From an uncultured Gemmatimonadales bacterium (lineage in GTDB: Bacteria > Gemmatimonadota > Gemmatimonadetes > Longimicrobiales > RSA9): a DNA stretch of 64,000 nt. The notes beneath the pieces are model-generated. The model was not told where the DNA came from and searched no databases. It was given only the letters and a program-made list of their open reading frames with translations. How positions within the stretch are numbered: position 1 is the stretch's first letter; each line of letters opens with the position of its first letter. This document shows, one piece after another, positions 60,993 through 64,000 of this stretch. The stretch is taken from assembly GCA_963741945.1 (NCBI GenBank), contig CAVUKA010000002.1:32001-96000 (forward strand). The letters are read 5' to 3'. The translations under genes and the position numbers were made by a program.

Positions 60993-63419
60993 GTGAACGA
61001 CCGTGTCGCCCGCCTGCGGGACCGGAGCTTCGACGCGGTCCCCGCCGTCTCCACGGAGCGGGCGGAGATCATCACGCGCTTCTACAGGGAGAACGAGGGC
61101 CGCTGCGCGGTTCCCGTCCTCCGGGCCATGGCGTTCCGGGAGCTGTGCCTGAAGAAGACGCTCTGGCTCGGCGATGACGAGCTGATCGTCGGCGAGCGCG
61201 GCCCCGCGCCGAAAGTCGTCCCCACGTTCCCCGAGCTCACGTGCCACTCGGCCGATGACCTGCGCACGCTGGACGGGCGCGAGAAGACCCGCTACGTGGT
61301 CAGCGACGAGGCCATCGCCCTCTACGAGCGGGAGATCATCCCGTACTGGCGCGGCCGCTCCCTGCGGGACCGGATCTTCGCCCACCTCCCGCGCACCTGG
61401 CTGGACGCGTACCACGCCGGCGTGTTCACGGAGTTCATGGAGCAGCGGGCGCCCGGGCACACGGCGCTGGACGGCGAGATCTATGGGAAAGGGATGCTGG
61501 AATACCGGGCGGAGATCGCGGACCGGGCGGGTCGCCTGGACTACTTCCGCGACCCCGACGCGGCCCGCAAGGCGGAGCAGCTCGAGGCCATGGACATCGC
61601 GTGCCACGCCGCCATCCTCTTCGCCGAGCGCCACGCGGCGCTGGCCGAGCAGAAGGCCGCGGCCGAGACCGACGCGCGGCGCCGCGACGAGCTCCTCGCC
61701 ATCGCCCGCGTCTGCCGGCGCGTCCCGGCGCATGCCCCGCGCACGTTCCACGAAGCCACCCAGATGTACTGGTTCGTCCACCTGGGGACCATCACGGAGC
61801 TGAACGGCTGGGACGCCATGAACCCCGGCCACCTGGACCAGCACCTGCGCCCGTTCTACGAGCGCGACCTGGCCGCCGGGATCCTCGACCGCGACGGCGC
61901 GAAGGAGCTGCTCTCCTGCCTCTGGATCAAGTTCAACAACCACCCCGCGCCGCCCAAGGTGGGCGTCACGGCCGAGGAGAGCGGGACGTACAACGATTTC
62001 ACCAACATCAACCTGGGCGGCCTCACCCGCGGGGGCGATGATGCCGTCAGCGAGCTGAGCTACCTCATCCTGGAGGTCGCGAACGAGGTCCGGCTGCTCC
62101 AGCCGCAGTTCAATGTCCAGGTCAGCGCAAGGACGCCCGACCGCTTCCTCGCCGAGGCGTGCGGCGTCATCCGGGAAGGGCTCGGCTACCCGTCCGTCTT
62201 CAACGCCGACACCGTCGTCGCCGAGCAGGTCCGGGCCGGCAAGGCCGTGGAGGACGCCCGCGAGGGCGGCACCAGCGGCTGCATCGAGACGGGCGCCTTC
62301 GGCAAGGAAGCCTACATCCTCACCGGCTACCTCAACCTGCCGAAGATCCTCGAGGTCGCCCTCCACGACGGCCGCGACCCCGCCACCGCGCGCCGCATCG
62401 GGCCCCGCACCGGCGACCCCGCCACGTTCGCCGCTTTCGATGATCTCTTCGCCGCCTTCGAGACGCAGCTCCGGCACTTCGTGGACGTGAAAGTGGAAGT
62501 GAGCCAGTACATCGAGTCCATGTACGCCCGTTTCGCCCCCGCCCCGTTCCTCTCCGTGGTCATCCGCGACTGCATCGAGAACGCCCGCGACTACAACGCC
62601 GGCGGCGCCCGCTACAACACCAGCTACATCCAGTGCTGTGGCATCGGCACCATCACCGACAGCCTCTCCGCGCTGCGCACCCACGTCCTCGCCCGCGGCC
62701 CGGAAGCCCCCGGCCAGCCCGGCCAGCCCGGCGAGCCCGCGACGACCGGCGGCGATCCCCGGCCCCGCGTCGCCATGCCCGAGCTCTTGGCCGCCCTGCA
62801 GCGCGACTTCAGCGGCGACGAGCCGCTCCGCCAGCGCCTGGCCAACCGGACCCCGAGGTACGGCAACGACGACGACCGCGCCGATGGCATCATGCAGCGC
62901 GTCTACGACGCCCTCTTCCGCACGATCGACGGGCGCCCCAACACCCGCGGCGGGCAGTACCACCTGAACATGCTCTCCACCACCTGCCACGTGTATTTCG
63001 GGACGAAAGTGGGCGCATCGCCGGATGGCCGCCGCGCCGGCACCCCCATCTCCGACGGCACCTCCCCGGCCCACGGCGCCGACCGCCACGGGCCCACGGC
63101 CGTCTGCCGCTCGCTGGGCAAGATGGACCAGGTCAAGTCCGGGGGCACGCTCCTCAACCAGCGCTTCCTCCCCGCCCTCCTCGCCGATGACGCCGGCCTC
63201 GCCGCTCTCGGTCACCTGATCCGCGGCTATTTCCGCCTCGGCGGCCACCACATCCAGTTCAACGTGGTGGACACCGCGACCCTCCGGGACGCACAGGCGC
63301 ACCCGGAGAGCTACCGCGACCTGCTGGTCCGCGTGGCCGGCTACAGCGACTACTTCGTCGACCTCGGCCGCGACCTCCAGGAGGAGATCATCGCCCGGAC
63401 GGCGCAGGACGGATTCTAG
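60993..63419 (+). CDS. hypD: Glycyl radical enzyme: trans-4-hydroxy-L-proline dehydratase
   Basis: RVAGYS Gly loop; GGTSGCIETG Cys loop; EFMEQRAPGH, WDAM, SGTYNDF, TGY and MLSTT match recalled HypD active-site residues. Confidence 0.88.
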   Translation: MNDRVARLRDRSFDAVPAVSTERAEIITRFYRENEGRCAVPVLRAMAFRELCLKKTLWLGDDELIVGERGPAPKVVPTFPELTCHSADDLRTLDGREKTRYVVSDEAIALYEREIIPYWRGRSLRDRIFAHLPRTWLDAYHAGVFTEFMEQRAPGHTALDGEIYGKGMLEYRAEIADRAGRLDYFRDPDAARKAEQLEAMDIACHAAILFAERHAALAEQKAAAETDARRRDELLAIARVCRRVPAHAPRTFHEATQMYWFVHLGTITELNGWDAMNPGHLDQHLRPFYERDLAAGILDRDGAKELLSCLWIKFNNHPAPPKVGVTAEESGTYNDFTNINLGGLTRGGDDAVSELSYLILEVANEVRLLQPQFNVQVSARTPDRFLAEACGVIREGLGYPSVFNADTVVAEQVRAGKAVEDAREGGTSGCIETGAFGKEAYILTGYLNLPKILEVALHDGRDPATARRIGPRTGDPATFAAFDDLFAAFETQLRHFVDVKVEVSQYIESMYARFAPAPFLSVVIRDCIENARDYNAGGARYNTSYIQCCGIGTITDSLSALRTHVLARGPEAPGQPGQPGEPATTGGDPRPRVAMPELLAALQRDFSGDEPLRQRLANRTPRYGNDDDRADGIMQRVYDALFRTIDGRPNTRGGQYHLNMLSTTCHVYFGTKVGASPDGRRAGTPISDGTSPAHGADRHGPTAVCRSLGKMDQVKSGGTLLNQRFLPALLADDAGLAALGHLIRGYFRLGGHHIQFNVVDTATLRDAQAHPESYRDLLVRVAGYSDYFVDLGRDLQEEIIARTAQDGF

Positions 63420-63446
63420 TCTTCGGACGCCGTTGCGTCCCGTCAG

Positions 63447-64000
63447 GTGAATCCCCACGCCGGATTCCCGCCTGTTCCCTACTGCACGGAGATGGCCCTC
63501 CTCCCATGCTCAGGGTGGCCCCGCCGCCCACCTCAACCTCGATCGTCATGCGCGCCGCACACCGATCCGCCGCGGCCGGACGCCGTGGAGATCGGCTTCG
63601 TCGGCTACATCGCCTCCCCGCCGCTCCAGCTCGTTTATGGCCTGCTCGGCTGCGCCATCCTGGCCGCGTCGTTCCTCCGCTCGGTGCGGCGCGATCTCGC
63701 CGGCGTAGCAGCAGCGCCGGGGGACGCGGCCGTTCGTCCGTGAACGCGGACGCCGCCGCTGCTCGGCCGGCGCGCGTCCGGGCTCCGGCCCCGGGACTCG
63801 GCCGCCTACGCCATTTTCGGCGACACCGTGCGAGCCCCGTGCGCGGGCCGGGTCGTGGCCGCGACGGACGGTCTCGCGGACCTGAGCCCCCCGGCCGTGG
63901 ACAGGGAGCACAGGGCGGGGAACCACGTCATCCTCGCCTCCCGGATGCCCGCGTTGTCCGAGGACGGAAGGCCGGGGACCGCCTGGGTGATGGTCGCTCA
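63447..64000 (+). pseudogene. Interrupted M23 family peptidase (in-frame TGA at 63741), runs off the window
   Basis: Same frame after the TGA reads GRRASGLRPRDSAAYAIFGDTVRAPCAGRVVAATDGLADL..AGNHVIL..VMVA; start uncertain. Confidence 0.6.

Noticed and set aside
60993-63419. Pyruvate formate-lyase or choline TMA-lyase
   Set aside because: Single-Cys GCIE loop (no CC pair), HypD-type residues, and no microcompartment genes
63741-63743. Selenocysteine readthrough at the in-frame TGA
   Set aside because: Not a catalytic Cys position in M23, no convincing SECIS, and adjacent conserved sequence appears deleted

Overview
Very GC-rich bacterial chromosomal window, almost fully coding. The gene mix suggests Gemmatimonadota (inference only). 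No rRNA, tRNA, CRISPR array, transposase or phage genes were recognised. In order: a signalling cluster (two hybrid kinases, a DivK-like receiver, and a twin-DHp/REC/degenerate-cyclase protein); an AddB-AddA helicase-nuclease operon facing an Mre11/SbcD + Rad50/YhaN-like operon; an Ig-repeat leishmanolysin-like lipoprotein followed by (GGGGTCT)12; amidase, PLP lyase and NhaC; a cold-shock gene with a structured leader; a frameshifted animal-like FTCD followed by a 180-bp MITE-like element; ctaA and TauE; a HipA-like kinase + DUF3037 pair; many exported hydrolases; a porin/periplasmic-protein/two-component unit next to a sigma54-promoter operon encoding a four-His cytochrome-b-like membrane protein, a DUF6644-like protein and two Tat Rieske proteins (best candidate for an undescribed system); a nitronate monooxygenase family gene; a HypD glycyl-radical enzyme with its activase; and an interrupted M23 peptidase at the right edge. 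Family calls come from motif recognition by eye, with no database searches.
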